Virus record (IMG/VR): IMGVR_UViG_2859180793_000001
Coordinates: 2,529-66,528 of that record
Reading direction: 5' to 3' (one strand)
From: a virus
Taxonomy: Duplodnaviria > Heunggongvirae > Uroviricota > Caudoviricetes
Length of the DNA stretch: 64,000 nt
Under the pieces are notes generated by a model that made no database searches, was not told the origin of the DNA, and saw only the letters and a list, made by a program, of their open reading frames with translations. Made by a program: the position numbers and the translations under genes. The stretch's first letter is position 1; each line of letters opens with the position of its first letter. Positions 61,240-64,000 of the stretch are shown one piece after another.

Positions 61240-62127
61240 ATGAAATACCTTTTTCTGAAACTCCAGGCACAGCGCTTCCGCGAACAGGCAGGTGAGGGCG
61301 GTGATCCGGGTGCAGGCGCAGGTGGTGCTGGCGGCGGTGCAGGTGGCGATGACGCTGCCAAGGCAGCAGCTGACGCAGCCGCGAAGGCCGCAGCTGATGC
61401 CGCAGCAGCCAAGGCAGCTGCCGAGGCCGGCAAGAAGCCCAGCGACGAAGAAGCAAAGCTCCTGAAGGAGGTCATGCAGAAGAAGGAAGCCTTGCAGAAG
61501 ACGCAGGCTGACCTGGCCGCCGCTCAAGAGCGCCTGAAGAAGTTCGACGGCATCGACCCGGAAGCCGTGCGCGCCATGCTGGCCGAGCGTGCTCAGGCAG
61601 AAGAGAAGGCTCTCGAAGCCAAGGGCGACTACGAGCGCCTGAAGCAGCGCATGGCCGAAGCGCACGCGGGCGAAACGCAGTCGTTGAAGGAGCAGATCGC
61701 CCAGCTGCAAGCCACGCTGGCCCAGCGCGAAGGCGCCATCAACGAGCTGTCGATCGGCGGCCTGTTCAGCCAGTCGCAGTTCATCGGTCAAGAGTTGGTG
61801 CTGACGCCGGCCAAGGCTCGCGTGATCTATGGCGACCACTTCGAGCTGGTGGACGGCAAGGTAGTCGGCTACGACAAGCCCAAGGGCGCACAGAACCGCA
61901 CCGCGATCGTGGACAGCATGGGCAACGCCGTGAGCTTCGACGAAGCCCTGCGCAAGATCGTCGAGGCGGACCCCGAGAAGGACGCAATGCTCAAGAGCAA
62001 GATCAAGCCTGGGGCGGGCTCCGAGTCGGGCAAGGTGGGCAAGCAAGCCGGCTCGCAGAAGGATGCGCCGGTTGACGGCGTTTCGAAGATCGCCGCCGGT
62101 CTGAAAGGGCTGAAAGTGATCGGCTGA
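61240..62127 (+). CDS. scaffolding protein
   Basis: Gly/Ala-rich N-terminus then coiled-coil Ala/Lys/Glu-rich region. Sits between the portal and the major capsid. Confidence 0.6.
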   Translation: MKYLFLKLQAQRFREQAGEGGDPGAGAGGAGGGAGGDDAAKAAADAAAKAAADAAAAKAAAEAGKKPSDEEAKLLKEVMQKKEALQKTQADLAAAQERLKKFDGIDPEAVRAMLAERAQAEEKALEAKGDYERLKQRMAEAHAGETQSLKEQIAQLQATLAQREGAINELSIGGLFSQSQFIGQELVLTPAKARVIYGDHFELVDGKVVGYDKPKGAQNRTAIVDSMGNAVSFDEALRKIVEADPEKDAMLKSKIKPGAGSESGKVGKQAGSQKDAPVDGVSKIAAGLKGLKVIG

Positions 62128-62131
62128 AGCC

Positions 62132-62235
62132 AAAACCTTCGGGGTCATTAAACAGTCAGTATTGACTGTTTAAAGGATCAGTGGTATTGTCCGGTCCTAC
62201 TCGGTGACTAGAGCGACTTAGACCCCGAAGGTTTT
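62132..62235 (+). other. 15-bp perfect inverted repeat AAAACCTTCGGGGTC / GACCCCGAAGGTTTT enclosing palindromic motif
   Basis: Arms at 62132..62146 and 62221..62235 with a 74-bp spacer. The spacer holds the 26-bp palindrome 62148..62173 (TTAAACAGTCA-gtat-TGACTGTTTAA). Confidence 0.55.
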
Positions 62236-62246
62236 CATTCAACAAT

Positions 62247-62260
62247 AGTCAACACTGACT
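62247..62260 (+). promoter_or_regulatory. palindromic promoter-like element AGTCAACACTGACT
   Basis: 27 nt upstream of the capsid ATG. Confidence 0.5.
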
Positions 62261-62286
62261 GGTAGCCTTTAAGGAAAAGAAGCAAT

Positions 62287-63198
62287 ATGCCTCTGTTGCG
62301 ACAAGAAGCCGAGACGCTGAGTAACAACCAGCTCGTCGCCGGCGTGATTGACCAGATCATCGACCGCGATGACCTGTTCGCCATCCTGCCGTTCGAGCGC
62401 GTCAACGGCAAAGCCTACGTCTACAACCGCGAAGACACGCTGGGCGGCGCCGACTGGCTCGACCCGAACGATCCGGTGAACGAGAGCGCTGCAACGTTCA
62501 CCGAGGTCGTGGCCAAGCTGCGTATCCTGGCTGGTGACGTGGACGTGGACAAGTTCCTGCAATCCACGATGGGCGACACCAACGACCAGATGGCGATCCA
62601 GATCGCGAAGAAGGCCAAGGCCGTCGCTCGCGAATTCCATCGCACGCTGGCCAAGGGCAACGCCACTGCCAACCCGAAGGAGTTCGACGGTCTGCCGCAA
62701 CTGGCTGCCGCTGCTCCGAACTCGCAGCAAGTGGTCGCCGGCGCGAACGGTGGCGCTCTGACGCTCTCGATGCTGGACGAGCTGTGCGACGCTGTGCCGA
62801 ACGGCGCCGACGTGATCGTGATGCGTCGTGGCACGATCCGCGCATTCCGTGGTCTGCTGCGCGCAACCTACGGCACCGACGCTGTGATGCAGCAGCTGGA
62901 AAACTTCGGCCGCCCGATGCTGACCCACAACGGCATCCCGGTGATCATGAACGAATTCCTGGCCGCTGACGAAGCCCAGGGTTCGGCCAACGCAACCACC
63001 TCGGTCTACGCTCTGCGCCTGAACGAGCTGGATGGCCTGCACGGCATCTACGGTGGCAGCGACGCCGGTATCGTGGTCGAGAACATCGGCACGGTGCAGA
63101 ACAAGGACGCGACCCGCATCCGTCTGAAGTGGTATACGGGCCTGGCCCTGAAGTCCACGCGGAGCATCGCGCGTCTGAAGGGTGTGACCAACATCTGA
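62287..63198 (+). CDS. major capsid protein
   Basis: 303 aa, directly after the scaffold gene with an AAGGAAAAGAAG RBS. High expression signals on both flanks (motif upstream, terminator downstream). Confidence 0.65.
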   Translation: MPLLRQEAETLSNNQLVAGVIDQIIDRDDLFAILPFERVNGKAYVYNREDTLGGADWLDPNDPVNESAATFTEVVAKLRILAGDVDVDKFLQSTMGDTNDQMAIQIAKKAKAVAREFHRTLAKGNATANPKEFDGLPQLAAAAPNSQQVVAGANGGALTLSMLDELCDAVPNGADVIVMRRGTIRAFRGLLRATYGTDAVMQQLENFGRPMLTHNGIPVIMNEFLAADEAQGSANATTSVYALRLNELDGLHGIYGGSDAGIVVENIGTVQNKDATRIRLKWYTGLALKSTRSIARLKGVTNI

Positions 63199-63210
63199 CG
63201 CACACGTAAT

Positions 63211-63229
63211 AGTCAATATTGACTATCAT
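63211..63229 (+). promoter_or_regulatory. palindromic element AGTCAATATTGACT+ATCATA
   Basis: Between the capsid stop and the terminator hairpin. Confidence 0.5.
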
Positions 63230-63230
63230 A

Positions 63231-63259
63231 GGGGCGAGCCGAGAGGCCCGCCCCTTTTT
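63231..63259 (+). terminator. rho-independent terminator after major capsid gene
   Basis: GGGGCGAGCC-gaga-GGCCCGCCCC stem (one mismatch) followed by TTTTTC. Confidence 0.65.
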
Positions 63260-63275
63260 CACATCAGGAGTATTC

Positions 63276-63731
63276 ATGAAAGTTCGACTGACTCAGCCTG
63301 GCTTCGAGACCTACACGGGCCAGATGGGTGTGATCTTCTTCCAAGACGGACTGTCCACCGAAGACGTGCTGCCGATTGACGCCATCCGTCTGTGCGCCGT
63401 GTTCGGCGCAGAGTGGGAAGACGGCACTCCGGCCAACATCGCACAGCGTCTGCTCGACGAGGCCGACACGCCCGCGCAGGACGTGAACGGTGCCGCCGAA
63501 GCAGCCGCCGCGCAGCCCGCCACTGAAGCGCCCGCAGGTGAGCCGTTGGCCACGTCCACCGAGCAGCCCGCCAAGACCTACACGGAAGAAGAGCTGGCTG
63601 CCATCGCGGACAAGGACGGCATCGCTGGGCTGCGCGCAATCTCTGACGGTCTGGGCGTCAAGGGCAACTCTATCCGTGGCCTCATCGACGCGATCCTGAA
63701 GATCGCCGGCACGCCGAAGGCAACTGCGTAA
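63276..63731 (+). CDS. hypothetical head-associated protein (151 aa)
   Basis: CAGGAG RBS. Ala/Pro/Glu-rich linker. Position suggests a decoration or head-completion protein. Confidence 0.45.
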   Translation: MKVRLTQPGFETYTGQMGVIFFQDGLSTEDVLPIDAIRLCAVFGAEWEDGTPANIAQRLLDEADTPAQDVNGAAEAAAAQPATEAPAGEPLATSTEQPAKTYTEEELAAIADKDGIAGLRAISDGLGVKGNSIRGLIDAILKIAGTPKATA

Positions 63732-64000
63732 TGGATGCCTTTCTCGCCGGAACCCCCGTCGAGGTCGTGATCCCGCTGCAAGACCGCAGCGGGAATCAGC
63801 TCGACGTGACCACGGTGGACTACCGGGTGGTCGATCATGCAGGCGTCGAACTGGTGCCGCGCACCACGCTGGATTCGTTCGTGGCGGGCACCGACGAGGC
63901 GGTCATCATCGTGCCGGCGGAGCTGAACGTGCTGCCGGCGGGTCAGACGCGCGCCGTGCGCAACGTGGAGCTGTTCTGCCGCGTGGGCAACAACACGGTG
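63731..64000 (+). CDS. hypothetical protein, 5' partial (runs off window end)
   Basis: TAATG overlap with the upstream gene. Open to 64000 (MDAFLAGTPVEVVIPLQDRSGNQLDVTTVDY...). Confidence 0.4.
   Translation, partial: MDAFLAGTPVEVVIPLQDRSGNQLDVTTVDYRVVDHAGVELVPRTTLDSFVAGTDEAVIIVPAELNVLPAGQTRAVRNVELFCRVGNNTV

Noticed and set aside
1-64000. tRNA genes, CRISPR arrays, integrase/att sites, transposases
   Set aside because: Looked for T-arm-like GTTCGAAT/GTTCAAAT cores, regular repeat-spacer arrays and tyrosine or serine recombinase ORFs. None found. Temperate versus lytic lifestyle therefore remains open despite the XRE repressor and the LexA box.

Overview
This high-GC (about 65%) window looks like a contiguous stretch of a tailed dsDNA phage or prophage genome. 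Genes are tightly packed on the plus strand, often with ATGA/TGATG overlaps, and five short minus-strand islands interrupt them. From left to right: (1) an XRE-family repressor on the minus strand and a divergent switch region; (2) an early block with a CobT-like vWA protein, a CobS-like AAA ATPase and a sigma-70-like protein; (3) a large replication, recombination and nucleotide-metabolism module: DnaE-type polymerase with a C-terminal UDG-like domain, gp32-like SSB, FEN, RecA/UvsX-like recombinase, SbcCD, RuvC-like resolvase, class I RNR NrdAB, ThyX-family enzyme, MazG-like pyrophosphatase, P-loop kinase and a separate DnaQ-like exonuclease; (4) an accessory/moron region (about 38.9-52.3 kb) holding lower-GC islands, a MazEF toxin-antitoxin pair, HxlR-like and DUF4145-like genes on the minus strand, a LexA/SOS box and a minus-strand SF2 helicase cassette; (5) two ParB-like proteins, an ABC-type ATPase, a thioredoxin, a Tad2-like DUF2829 protein and a GNAT-like protein; (6) the start of the morphogenesis module: small and large terminase, portal, scaffold and major capsid. 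Non-coding structure is rich. A 14-bp palindrome AGTCA-N4-TGACT, usually followed by TATAAT, occurs about 30 times and is almost always intergenic. A second motif, CCTTATA(G/C)AG, is confined to the accessory region. A 37-bp element occurs twice. There are many rho-independent terminators. The most interesting hypotheses are a thymidine hypermodification system (ThyX variant + MazG + P-loop kinase + UDG-like polymerase fusion), an SOS-controlled minus-strand cassette, an SSB-tail mimic, and a Tad2-like anti-Thoeris candidate. No tRNA genes, CRISPR arrays or integrase were found in this window. Motif and hairpin coordinates come from manual counting and may be off by 1-2 nt.
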